Below, in pieces: positions 1 to 10,573 of a stretch of 64,000 bases of DNA. Numbering within the stretch: position 1 is the first letter of the stretch; each line of letters starts with the position of its first letter. The notes under the pieces were generated by a model. The model searched no databases. It was not told the DNA's origin and was given only the letters and a program-made list of their open reading frames with translations. The stretch comes from an uncultured Clostridia bacterium (GTDB lineage: Bacteria > Bacillota > Clostridia > Lachnospirales > CAG-274). Made by a program: the position numbers and the translations under genes. The stretch covers positions 1,638 through 65,637 of the forward strand of contig CANQXR010000011.1 of NCBI GenBank assembly GCA_947627855.1. Direction: 5' to 3'.

Positions 1-138
1 TTCTCCTCCGAGCATAGCCGTATACTTTGCCTCCTCCTCGGCGCAAAGTGGCGCAGGCAAAACCTCCGTTCCTCCTATATAATATACTTCCTCTTCCTTC
101 GTTTTTTCAAACAGGCTTTTCAAAGCCTTAAGCAGCAT
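1..138 (-). CDS. sigE: Sporulation sigma factor SigE precursor (pro-sigma-E), N-terminal 46 codons only; gene continues beyond window start
   Basis: Too short for the ORF track. Reverse strand from ATG 138..136 reads MLLKALKSLFEKTKEEEVYYIGGTEVLPAPLCAEEEAKYTAMLGGE. The VYYIGG.E.LP.PL block is the conserved N-terminus of pro-sigma-E/K. The ATG overlaps the spoIIGA stop (130..128), the canonical spoIIGA-sigE layout. Confidence 0.7.
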   Translation of the reverse strand, partial: MLLKALKSLFEKTKEEEVYYIGGTEVLPAPLCAEEEAKYTAMLGGE

Positions 139-1027
139 TGCAAGCATTCTCCTTAACCTCCCCGACTTCAAGAATTTCTGTATTTATAAGCCCTCTGAAG
201 CTGCCGTCCGATGACAGCTTCATAAAGGATATGCCAATCAATATATTTTCATAGGGCTTTTCATTTATGTAAAGCCTGTCTGGCTCAAAACAGGGCAGGA
301 TTCCGCTGCTGTTCCCAAGGCTTTTGTAAAGGGCAAAATAAAAATTTATATCTCCTCCCCTGTCGGCTATATAGCCATACAAATCTTCCTTCAGCCTGCC
401 GCATTCCGGCAAAGCAGCCTTAACAGCGTCAAATTCGGCAACAATAATCCTTTTGCCCGTTACAGGCTCTTTCAGACTGCTTCCCGTATCGGCAAGAGCC
501 TTAAACTCTGCACTTCCCCATTTAAGCTCCGCCCTGACCTCATAAAATTCCCTTTTTCTTATTACGGAATTTCTGTATATCCTCCTTATGCAGCATATAA
601 CAATATATGAAACGCCCACCGAAATCACAAAAACGCCTGCGGATATATGTTTAAGACCGTATGACAGATTTTCTCCTATGTAGTTTCCCACATTTGTGAA
701 ATAAAAAAGTCCGCTGCATATTCCGCCCACAAAGAAAGCCCCTATAACAACAGCCCCGAAGAGCCTGAAAAAAGCCCCTATGCTTTTGGGCAGATAAGCT
801 ATATATACGCTCGCCGCCATAAGAAGCAGATATCCCACAGGGTTTCTCAGAAAATATGCTCCCCTCCACAGGGCTATGACAGTGTATAAAAGCCCCGCAA
901 ACAGACCGCCCAATATACACAGAAAAACACTTCTTTTCACCTTTAAAAACAGTCTGACGCAAATAAACACAAAGGCAACCATTATAAAATTTATCAGAAA
1001 TACTATGTCGGCATAAACCGTTATCAT
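128..1027 (-). CDS. spoIIGA: Sigma-E processing aspartic peptidase SpoIIGA
   Basis: Multi-TM N-terminal half (MITVYADIVFLINF...) plus a C-terminal ALADTGSSL (DTG aspartic protease motif). Sits directly upstream of sigE. Start moved to ATG 1027 (RBS GAGAGG ~10 nt upstream); ORF-track start is 1048. Confidence 0.85.
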   Translation of the reverse strand: MITVYADIVFLINFIMVAFVFICVRLFLKVKRSVFLCILGGLFAGLLYTVIALWRGAYFLRNPVGYLLLMAASVYIAYLPKSIGAFFRLFGAVVIGAFFVGGICSGLFYFTNVGNYIGENLSYGLKHISAGVFVISVGVSYIVICCIRRIYRNSVIRKREFYEVRAELKWGSAEFKALADTGSSLKEPVTGKRIIVAEFDAVKAALPECGRLKEDLYGYIADRGGDINFYFALYKSLGNSSGILPCFEPDRLYINEKPYENILIGISFMKLSSDGSFRGLINTEILEVGEVKENACNAA

Positions 1028-1188
1028 TTTTTCACACACCTCTCTCATAGCCTCGATGGCGCAGCAGCTTGGGGCAAAATTATTTTATATCCTTGAATAA
1101 ATTATACAACTCACTTATGGCAATAAATGGCAAAACTTGTAGCCTGCCTTATAAAAATTAATTTATTGTTATATATGCACAATCTTAA

Positions 1189-2769
<1,581 letters not shown>

Positions 2770-2782
2770 AACATAATAATAT

Positions 2783-2827
2783 AAGGTCAATCATTCCTTA
2801 CGGGGTCTTGATTGACCTTTTTATTTT
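2783..2827 (+). terminator. Rho-independent terminator after gdhA
   Basis: aaggtcaatca / tgattgacctt stem followed by tttttatttt. Confidence 0.7.
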
Positions 2828-2839
2828 CGGAGGTTATAT

Positions 2840-3337
2840 ATGTTCAGAAAAATGAGAAGAGCGGCTCAGCTTCTGACGGAACAGGAAAGCATTGAAATAC
2901 TGAAAAAATGCTCCTCCGGCGTGCTTGCCGTATCGGGAGATGACGACTATCCCTATGCTGTGCCCCTTAGCTATGTGTATGAAAACGGCAGGCTTTATTT
3001 TCACTGCGCCCTCACAGGTCATAAAATCGACGGAATAAAAAGGAATGAAAAGGCTTCATTCTGCGTGGTGGACAAGGACGAGGTTATACCCGAAAAATAC
3101 ACCACACTTTTCAGAAGTGTTATAGTATTCGGCAAGGCTAAAATAATAGAGAACAAGGAAGAAAAAATAAGGATAGCCCTGATGCTTGGCGAAAAATACA
3201 ATCCCGGTCATATTGATGACGCAATGGACGAAATAAACAGGCTTTTTTCCGCCCTCTGCATAATAGAGCTGAATATAGAGCATATCACCGGCAAAGCCGC
3301 CAAAGAACTGGCTGCAATAAAAAAGGATCTGCCTTAA
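2840..3337 (+). CDS. Pyridoxamine 5'-phosphate oxidase-family FMN-binding protein (Nim/5-nitroimidazole reductase-like)
   Basis: MRRAAQLLTEQESIEILKK...GVLAV.GDDDYPYAVPLSYVY.NGRLYFHCA is the typical N-terminal pattern of Nim/PNPOx split-barrel proteins. Confidence 0.75.
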   Translation: MFRKMRRAAQLLTEQESIEILKKCSSGVLAVSGDDDYPYAVPLSYVYENGRLYFHCALTGHKIDGIKRNEKASFCVVDKDEVIPEKYTTLFRSVIVFGKAKIIENKEEKIRIALMLGEKYNPGHIDDAMDEINRLFSALCIIELNIEHITGKAAKELAAIKKDLP

Positions 3338-3356
3338 TGTGGCAGATCCCTTTTTA
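3325..3356. terminator. Bidirectional terminator hairpin between convergent genes
   Basis: ggatctgcc-N7-ggcagatcc followed by cttttta; lies between the stop at 3337 (+) and the stop at 3358 (-). Confidence 0.6.
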
Positions 3357-3357
3357 T

Positions 3358-4758
3358 TTAAATAGGATATACTCCCTTATCGACATCGGCAAGGTTTGCG
3401 TCAATTCCGTACTTCTGAGCCTGACGGAACTTGAAATATTCCTCCGCAACCTGTGGGAAAAGAACATAGCTAAGCACGTCCTCCGGCTGCTCCTTATATG
3501 CCTTTACAGCCTCCTCAGCAGCGGGAAGCTCAGGCTCAAGAAGATCTGCCGGACGGCATTCAACAACCTTTTCATCGCCTATTATTTTCTTTCTTATTTC
3601 CTTTGAAATAGGTACAGGCGTTCTGCCGTACATACCCTTTACAAGATCCTTTGTTTCCTTTGGAGTCATCTTATATCTTTCACCCATAAGCACATTGAGA
3701 ACAGCCTGTGTGCCCACGATCTGACTTGATGGGGTAACGAGAGGAGGATATCCCAGATCCGCTCTTACACGGGGGATCTCTTCAAGAACCTCTCTGTACT
3801 TGTCCTCGGCGTTTGCATTTTTAAGCTGAGAAACAAGGTTTGAAAGCATTCCGCCGGGAACCTGATAAAGAAGTGTCGCTATATCCACAGACAAAACCTT
3901 CGTACTTAACAGACCGCTCTTAAGAGCTTTCTCACGTATAGGCAGGAAGTAGTCTGCGATTTCCTTAAGAAGAACCTCGTCAAGACCGATTTCATATTTC
4001 GTGCCCTTGAACGCCGCATTCATAACCTCTGTTGCCGGCTGTGACGTACCCATTGCAAAGGGACTCATATCCGTATCTATTATATCCGCTCCTGCTTCAA
4101 CAGCCTTCATATATGTCATTGAAGCAACGCCGCTTGTATAGTGGCTGTGAACCTCAAGAGGAAGCTTTACCTCCGACTTGATAGCCTTTACGAGGTCATA
4201 AGCCGACTGCGGAAGAAGCAGACCTGCCATATCCTTTATACATATGGAATCTGCGCCTATATCTCTGTACTGCTTTGCAAGCTTTACAAAATATTCCTCC
4301 GTATGGAAGTCGCTGAGCGTAAACGAAATGGCAAGCTGAGCATGACCGCCTTCCTTTTTGCAGTATTTTACAGCCGTTTCAAGGTTTCTCGGGTCGTTGA
4401 GAGCGTCGAAAATCCTTATAATGTCAATGCCGTTTTCAATACTCTTTCTTACAAACATTTCAACAACATCGTCTGCATAATGACGATATCCCAATATATT
4501 CTGTCCCCTTAAAAGCATCTGGAGCTTTGTGTTCGGGGCTGCCTTGCGTATAAGGCGAAGTCTTTCCCATGGGTCCTCATGAAGAAATCTAAGACAGGAG
4601 TCAAATGTTGCTCCTCCCCAGACCTCCATAGCGCCGAAACCGACCTTATCCATCTTATCCACAATGGGAAGAATGTCTTTTATTGAAAGTCTTGTAGCTA
4701 TAAGTGACTGCTGACCGTCACGAAGCGTACAATCACAGATTTTAACCTTTTTACTCAT
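3358..4758 (-). CDS. Oxaloacetate decarboxylase alpha / transcarboxylase 5S-type carboxyltransferase subunit (no biotinyl domain)
   Basis: N-terminal ICDCTLRDGQQSL (HMGL-like TIM barrel of OadA/PycB/5S). 466 aa, ends without an AMKM biotin domain. Confidence 0.85.
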   Translation of the reverse strand: MSKKVKICDCTLRDGQQSLIATRLSIKDILPIVDKMDKVGFGAMEVWGGATFDSCLRFLHEDPWERLRLIRKAAPNTKLQMLLRGQNILGYRHYADDVVEMFVRKSIENGIDIIRIFDALNDPRNLETAVKYCKKEGGHAQLAISFTLSDFHTEEYFVKLAKQYRDIGADSICIKDMAGLLLPQSAYDLVKAIKSEVKLPLEVHSHYTSGVASMTYMKAVEAGADIIDTDMSPFAMGTSQPATEVMNAAFKGTKYEIGLDEVLLKEIADYFLPIREKALKSGLLSTKVLSVDIATLLYQVPGGMLSNLVSQLKNANAEDKYREVLEEIPRVRADLGYPPLVTPSSQIVGTQAVLNVLMGERYKMTPKETKDLVKGMYGRTPVPISKEIRKKIIGDEKVVECRPADLLEPELPAAEEAVKAYKEQPEDVLSYVLFPQVAEEYFKFRQAQKYGIDANLADVDKGVYPI

Positions 4759-4774
4759 ATATATTCAACCTCCG

Positions 4775-5938
4775 TCAATCAAAAAGAGCTATGAAAATAC
4801 CTGCGGCAACAGCCGAACCTATAACGCCGGCAACATTCGGCCCCATAGCGTGCATTAAAAGATAGTTATTGGGATTTTCTTCCTTACCTACATTCTGCGC
4901 AACTCTTGCTGCCATAGGCACTGCCGAAACGCCTGCCGCGCCTATGAGGGGGTTTATCTTTCCTCCCGACAGCTTACACATAAGCTTGCCGAGAAGAACT
5001 CCGCCTGCGGTAGAAACCATAAAGGCAAAAAGACCCAGTGCAAGAACCTTAAGCGTATCTACGGTAAGGAATGTTTCGGCGTTTGTGGTTGCGCCTACCG
5101 ATATACCTATGCAAAGGCTCAGAATATACATAAGAGCTTCCGACGCGTGATGAGCTATTTTTTCCGTCACTCCGCACACCTTGAGAAGATTTCCCAGCAT
5201 AAGCATACCTATAAGAGAAGCCGTAGAGGGAAGTATAAGTATAACAAGTATGGAAACAAGAACGGGGAAAATAATCTTTTCCGTCTTTGAAACAGGTCTT
5301 AACTGCTCCATCTTGATTGCCCTTTCCTTCTTTGTTGTGAGAAGCTTCATAATAGGCGGCTGAATTATGGGAATAAGCGCCATATATGAATACGCAGCAA
5401 CCGCTACCGTACTGAGAATATCGGGGGCAAGCTTTGTTGTGGTATAAATCGCCGTAGGACCGTCCGCTCCGCCTATAATACCTATTGAAGCTGCCTCATA
5501 AGGACTCATTCCCAGAAGGAGAGCGCCGAGAAAGGCTACAAATATACCAAGCTGAGCCGATGCGCCGAGAAGCAGGCTCTTGGGATTTGCAATAAGAGGA
5601 CCGAAGTCTGTCATTACGCCTACCCCAAGAAAAATAAGGGGCGGGAAAATGCCCAGAGCATCGCCCTGATAGATATACCATATAAGTCCGCCCACTACAC
5701 CGTCCTTCGGCGGCTCCATAAGCCCTGCGCCGGGCAGATTTGCAAGAAGCATACCGAAGGCAATGGGAAGAAGCAGAAGAGGCTCATATTTTTTTGCAAT
5801 GGCGAGATACATAAAGAAAATAGCAACAGCTATCATTATGAAATATTTATATCCGCCGCTTTCAAAAAACAGCATAAAGCCCGAATCCGCAATAAGTCCC
5901 GAAAAAATTTCGTACAGACTTTGCATAAATGATGACAT
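4775..5938 (-). CDS. Na+-translocating decarboxylase beta subunit (OadB/MmdB/GcdB family)
   Basis: Highly hydrophobic polytopic protein with typical OadB blocks (GADGPT, NLLKVCGV, MHAMGPNVAGVIGSAVAAG). Start set at ATG 5938 behind GGAGG. Confidence 0.9.
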   Translation of the reverse strand: MSSFMQSLYEIFSGLIADSGFMLFFESGGYKYFIMIAVAIFFMYLAIAKKYEPLLLLPIAFGMLLANLPGAGLMEPPKDGVVGGLIWYIYQGDALGIFPPLIFLGVGVMTDFGPLIANPKSLLLGASAQLGIFVAFLGALLLGMSPYEAASIGIIGGADGPTAIYTTTKLAPDILSTVAVAAYSYMALIPIIQPPIMKLLTTKKERAIKMEQLRPVSKTEKIIFPVLVSILVILILPSTASLIGMLMLGNLLKVCGVTEKIAHHASEALMYILSLCIGISVGATTNAETFLTVDTLKVLALGLFAFMVSTAGGVLLGKLMCKLSGGKINPLIGAAGVSAVPMAARVAQNVGKEENPNNYLLMHAMGPNVAGVIGSAVAAGIFIALFD

Positions 5939-5957
5939 ATTATTACCTCCGATAAAG

Positions 5958-6347
5958 TTATTCAACGGTTATAAGTACATCGTCCGAATTTACCGACTGA
6001 CCCTTTGAAACGACAACGGAGGTCACCTTTCCGCCTACGGGTGTTACTATTTCGTTTTCCATCTTCATGGCCTCAAGAATAACGACCACTGAATTCTTTT
6101 CTACCGCATCTCCCACATTTACCTTTATATCAAGTATTGTGCCGGGCATGGGAGCCTTTACGGGTGTTCCGCTGCCTGAGGGCTTTGCCGCAGGAGCAGG
6201 AGCCGGAGCCGGTGCGGGTGCTGCCGGAGCAGGTGTCGGTGCCGCAGGTGCCACAGGAGCTGCCGGAGCTGCTGCGGGACTGTCAAGCTCCTCTACAACA
6301 ACGTCATAAGATGTGCCGTTTACTGTTACTCTGAAATTTTTCAACAT
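5958..6347 (-). CDS. Biotin carboxyl carrier protein (1.3S / MmdC / GcdC-like) with Ala-Pro linker
   Basis: C-terminal VVILEAMKMENEI biotinyl-lysine motif; central (A/P)n linker. Confidence 0.9.
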   Translation of the reverse strand: MLKNFRVTVNGTSYDVVVEELDSPAAAPAAPVAPAAPTPAPAAPAPAPAPAPAAKPSGSGTPVKAPMPGTILDIKVNVGDAVEKNSVVVILEAMKMENEIVTPVGGKVTSVVVSKGQSVNSDDVLITVE

Positions 6348-6366
6348 TATAATTATCCTCCTAATA

Positions 6367-6786
6367 TTAAATCACTATGGTATGCTTTCTTTGTTCGTTT
6401 ATAGCTTCCTTATGCCAGTTTGCTGACTTTTTGAAGCTTCTTACAATAAGTTTGTCCGAGGAAGTGTCAAGACTTGCCGCAATCGCCGCAGTAATAACGG
6501 CTATAAGCTCGGAGTCGTCCCTTGCCGGAGCAGTCTCCTCCTCAGCGTCCTTCCTGACCTCTGCCGGTTTTTCAGCCACAGGCGCAGTTTCGGTTCTTAC
6601 CGTTTTGCGGAGTATTTTCTTTTCACCCCTGTGCTCTATCTGATAGATTATGTTTGCAATTACAGAAATAATAACAGCTATAACCGCAAGTATAAATATA
6701 ACGGTAAGTATACCCGTAACCGCAACGACTACTCCGTCGCCTACTCCGAAATTCGTCGCATCAAGAGCCAATAAACACAATTTCAT
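6367..6786 (-). CDS. OadG-family small membrane subunit of Na+-pumping decarboxylase
   Basis: Single N-terminal TM helix, charged linker, then C-terminal ELIAVITAAIAA segment typical of OadG/MmdD-like subunits. Position inside the decarboxylase cluster. Confidence 0.65.
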   Translation of the reverse strand: MKLCLLALDATNFGVGDGVVVAVTGILTVIFILAVIAVIISVIANIIYQIEHRGEKKILRKTVRTETAPVAEKPAEVRKDAEEETAPARDDSELIAVITAAIAASLDTSSDKLIVRSFKKSANWHKEAINEQRKHTIVI

Positions 6787-6803
6787 ATTATCACCGCCTG
6801 CCT

Positions 6804-8177
6804 TTATACACTGTTATGCTTCTTCGGAACAGCCTGTACTCTCTTGGTGTAGAGCATTTCCAAAGCTGCTATAAGATGTTTTCTTGTGGCCGCCGGAATA
6901 ATAATATCGTCTATATATCCTCTTTCAGCGGAGCTGTACGGTGATGAAGCCTCGTCATAGCTTTCGTCCGTATACTGCTGCATAATGTCCACATGACCCT
7001 TTCTGCTCAGAAGAGAAATCTCAGCCGTCGGCCATGCAAGCACGATGTCAGCCCCTATATATTTTGAGTTCATAAGCAGGAATCCACTGCCTATGCCTCT
7101 CCTTACAATAACATTTACCTTCGGAACGGAGGCCTCTGTAAGTCCCATAAGAAGATGTGACGAAAAGCTCATAAGAATATTCTGCTGACCTGCCGTAATT
7201 CTTTCATATTCGGCAATATCCGTAAGCGTAACTATGGGTATATTGAAAGCATCGCAAATCTTGACAAACTTGCCCGCCTTCTGTGTTCCCTTAAGTCCGA
7301 GAGGACCGTTGTTGGCTATAATGCCTACTGTTCCGCCGTTTATTTTGCTGAAACAGCATATCATCTCTTCGCCGAATCTCGGCTGAATCTCAAAGTAATT
7401 GAAATCGTCTGAAATGCTGCTTATAATATAGCGCATATCTATCGGTGAAGAATCATCAGCGACTATTGAATTCAGGGCTTCGTCCTCTCTGTTGAGGTCG
7501 TCCTCTCCAAGCTCCACAGCCACGTCCATATTGTTAAGCGGAAGGAGGTCAATAAGTCTGCAGGCTCCCTTAAGACAGTCCTCTTCCGTCTTATATGCTC
7601 TGTGAACAAGTCCCGTTTTTGTTGCATGGGTTTCACCGGAGCCATAGTCCTTATAATTAAGCTTGACTTCGTCGGCTCCCTTTATAACGGCAGGGCTTGA
7701 AAGAAACATATTTGCGTCCTGCTCTTTCATAATTCTGAAATCGGCAAGAAGGGGTATATATGTCGCCATACCAAGGCAGTCGCCCAATACAACGGATATC
7801 TGAGGAATCAGACCGCTTGCGCAGGATATATTCTGAAACAGAATACCATATGCCTCCAGCGCCTCCTGTCCGTCCTTAAGCTCCACACCTGTGGAATCCA
7901 GAATGCCCACAATGGGAGCGCCCATATTTATAGCCTTCTCATATACATCGGCTATTTTCTTTGCGTGCTTTTTATTCACAGGACCCTCCTGTGCATATGC
8001 AAAGCAAAGCTTGCCGTTTACGGCTCCATATCCCGTAACTACATTTGCTTCCTTCATAAAACCTTCAAGCTCCACAAAGCTGTTCTCATCGAAAAACTTT
8101 TCCAAACGGATGCGGGCTGCACTTTCTTCAGAATTCTTTAATTCTTTAAGAGTGCTGATTTTACTGAGAGTATCCAT
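6804..8177 (-). CDS. Acyl-CoA carboxyltransferase (12S / MmdA / GcdA / PccB family), divergent and short (457 aa)
   Basis: Two crotonase-like carboxyltransferase halves (VTGYGAVNGKLCFAYAQ..., GAPIVGILDSTG, IPQISVVLG, second half IPIVTLTDI). The usual GPCAGG is replaced by GDCLGM. Confidence 0.8.
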   Translation of the reverse strand: MDTLSKISTLKELKNSEESAARIRLEKFFDENSFVELEGFMKEANVVTGYGAVNGKLCFAYAQEGPVNKKHAKKIADVYEKAINMGAPIVGILDSTGVELKDGQEALEAYGILFQNISCASGLIPQISVVLGDCLGMATYIPLLADFRIMKEQDANMFLSSPAVIKGADEVKLNYKDYGSGETHATKTGLVHRAYKTEEDCLKGACRLIDLLPLNNMDVAVELGEDDLNREDEALNSIVADDSSPIDMRYIISSISDDFNYFEIQPRFGEEMICCFSKINGGTVGIIANNGPLGLKGTQKAGKFVKICDAFNIPIVTLTDIAEYERITAGQQNILMSFSSHLLMGLTEASVPKVNVIVRRGIGSGFLLMNSKYIGADIVLAWPTAEISLLSRKGHVDIMQQYTDESYDEASSPYSSAERGYIDDIIIPAATRKHLIAALEMLYTKRVQAVPKKHNSV

Positions 8178-8411
8178 TGAATTACCTCCAAAAATAAAAA
8201 TTTACTCAAAATATGTTGAAATCCAATCTATTTTATTGTACTATAAATATAAAATAATGCAAGTCTTAATTTATTAAGATTTCTTATGTCATAAGGCTCT
8301 TGGGCAAGACTTTGTAATGCTTGCCGCCAAAGCCTGAAAATCAGCCAAAAAAAACAAAAAATTTCCCCATCGTTTTATATAATATGCCCGAAAGGAAGAA
8401 AGGTAACCGAA

Positions 8412-9020
8412 ATGAATTATATTTGTCTTGACCTTGAATTTAACGGCGCCTTTGATTTTGCAACAGGAAAATCAGCCGAAAGCAACGAAGCCTGTCACCA
8501 CGAGATCATACAGATAGGCGCTGTAAAGCTTGACCGGCAGTTTAATATTACCGACACCTTCAACGCATATGTCAAGCCTACCATTTATCCCAGACTCAAT
8601 CCCTTTATAGCCGATGTGATCAAAATGAAAACCGAGGACTTCAGAAATGCAAACGGCTTTAAAATAAACTATCTGAAATTCAAGGAATTTCTCTCTGACA
8701 GCGAAAACCTGTTTGTGGTATGGGGCGAAACGGATATACCCGTACTATATGAAAATCTGAGCTATTACAGGCTTGTGGACGAGCCTCTCATAATCAAATA
8801 TATGAATCTCCAGTCCTATGTAAGCTCTATGCTCCGCAGGGAAAACGGTCAGCAGATAAGTCTTAAAAACGCCGTTGAAACCCTCGGCATACAGACGGAG
8901 AACAACTATCATAATGCGGTTTATGACGCTTACTATACGGCGCAGATATTTGCAGCGCTGACGCCCCAACTCAGAGGTATCAAAATCTTCTGTTCAAATC
9001 ACTATAAACATCTCAAATAA
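8412..9020 (+). CDS. DEDDh 3'-5' exonuclease (DnaQ/KapD-like)
   Basis: ExoI LDLEFN, ExoII HEIIQIGAV, ExoIII YHNAVYDAYYTA. Confidence 0.75.
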   Translation: MNYICLDLEFNGAFDFATGKSAESNEACHHEIIQIGAVKLDRQFNITDTFNAYVKPTIYPRLNPFIADVIKMKTEDFRNANGFKINYLKFKEFLSDSENLFVVWGETDIPVLYENLSYYRLVDEPLIIKYMNLQSYVSSMLRRENGQQISLKNAVETLGIQTENNYHNAVYDAYYTAQIFAALTPQLRGIKIFCSNHYKHLK

Positions 9021-9052
9021 AAAAGCAGGCGGAAAATTCCGTCTGCCTTTTT
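9021..9052. terminator. Bidirectional terminator between exonuclease gene and thrC
   Basis: aaaa-gcaggcgga-N4-tccgtctgc-cttttt; one G.T pair in the stem. Confidence 0.55.
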
Positions 9053-9055
9053 GCG

Positions 9056-10525
9056 TCAGTTTAATCTGTCCTTTATAAATTCCTCTATGCTGTCCCGTTC
9101 TATACAGAAATTGTGGAGTACGGGGCGCTTGTCTATGTCCTTTATGGGCGCAGGGATTTCCGTTCCGCTTACCTCGGACAATATCCTTACGGCTTCAAAG
9201 GGGTCTGTTCCTTTATATTTGCCGTCTATTGCCCCAAGTACGTCTTTTGCGAATTTGTAGGGGCTTGCCGTTGATACAACAACTGCCGGAACTCCTCCCC
9301 TGCCCTGTCTGATATATTTAAGATAAGCCGAATAGGCCACCGCCGTATGGGTGTCTATCACATAGCCCTCATTTTCAAATAAATACTTTATTGCCCCGAA
9401 AGCCTCCTCCTCAGAGGAATATTCCCCGATAAAACAGCTTCCGTCAGCGGAAAAATCATAACTTCCGTCCTTGGACAGGTTTTCCATAAGTCCCTTTACG
9501 ACCTCTGTGCTTCCGCTTAAATGATAGAGAAGTCTTTCAAGGTTTGATGAAATAAGTATATCCATAGACGGCGAAGAGGTAAGTATGAATTCTCTGTTTA
9601 TATCATACTTTCCCGTTTCAAAAAAGTCAAAAAGAACCTTGTTTTCGTTCGATGCGCATATAAGCCTGTTTACGGGAAGTCCCATTTCCCTTGCATAATA
9701 GCCGGCAAGGATATTTCCGAAATTCCCTGTGGGAACGACAAAATCCATATTATCACCGCATTCAAGGCGTCCTGCCTTTACCATCTGGGCATATGCGTAG
9801 AAGTAATAAACTATCTGCGGCGCAAGTCTGCCTATATTTATTGAGTTGGCGGAGGAAAAAACATAGCCCCTCTCTGCAAGCTCCTCTTTGAGCGCCTTGT
9901 TTGTGAAAGCCTTTTTAACTGCCGTCTGCGCATCGTCAAAGTTGCCCTTTATTCCTGCCACACAGGTATTTTTGCCTTCCTGTGTTATCATCTGCATTTT
10001 CTGCACGTCCGAAACGCCGTCCTGGGGGAAGAAAACTATAATGCCTGTTCCCTCCACATCGGCAAATCCCTCCAAGGCTGCCTTTCCCGTATCTCCGCTT
10101 GTGGCGGTGAGTATAACAATAGTCCTGTCCTCACCGTTTTTCTTTGCGGCGGTTTTAAGGAGATATGGAAGTATGGAAAGAGCCATATCCTTGAATGCAA
10201 TAGTTTTTCCGTGGAAAAGCTCCAGAACGCCGCAGTCCTTTGTAAGTCTGAGGGGAGCGATTGCGGGCGTGTCGAATTTTTCATCATAAGCCCCGTTGAT
10301 GCAGCTCTTCAGCTCCTCCTCCGTATAGTCGTCAAGTATAAGTCTGAGAACCTCATATGCAAGCTCCTTATAGCTCATATTCAATGTGTCCTCAAGCCCA
10401 AAGCCGATTTTCGGTATGCTGCATGGCACATAAAGTCCTCCGTCATCGGCAATTCCCTTTAAAACAGCCTGAGAAGCCGTAATATAGTTTTTATCGCCCC
10501 TTGTGCTTTTATAAAGTAAAGCCAT
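9056..10525 (-). CDS. thrC: Threonine synthase (long, ~490-aa class)
   Basis: MALLYKSTRG start, AFKD PLP-lysine region, TSGDTG block. Start moved to ATG 10525 (RBS GAGG 9 nt upstream); ORF-track start 10534 is a TTG. Confidence 0.9.
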   Translation of the reverse strand: MALLYKSTRGDKNYITASQAVLKGIADDGGLYVPCSIPKIGFGLEDTLNMSYKELAYEVLRLILDDYTEEELKSCINGAYDEKFDTPAIAPLRLTKDCGVLELFHGKTIAFKDMALSILPYLLKTAAKKNGEDRTIVILTATSGDTGKAALEGFADVEGTGIIVFFPQDGVSDVQKMQMITQEGKNTCVAGIKGNFDDAQTAVKKAFTNKALKEELAERGYVFSSANSINIGRLAPQIVYYFYAYAQMVKAGRLECGDNMDFVVPTGNFGNILAGYYAREMGLPVNRLICASNENKVLFDFFETGKYDINREFILTSSPSMDILISSNLERLLYHLSGSTEVVKGLMENLSKDGSYDFSADGSCFIGEYSSEEEAFGAIKYLFENEGYVIDTHTAVAYSAYLKYIRQGRGGVPAVVVSTASPYKFAKDVLGAIDGKYKGTDPFEAVRILSEVSGTEIPAPIKDIDKRPVLHNFCIERDSIEEFIKDRLN

Positions 10526-10573
10526 TTTAATCAACCTCGTTTTATACTGATTTTCACGGGCAGCGACTGCCCT

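Noticed and set aside
6150-6290. GC-rich repetitive DNA (gcaggagccggagccggtgc...) as a possible repeat element
   Set aside because: It is the coding sequence of the Ala/Pro linker of the biotin carrier protein, which is normal for 1.3S/BCCP-type proteins.
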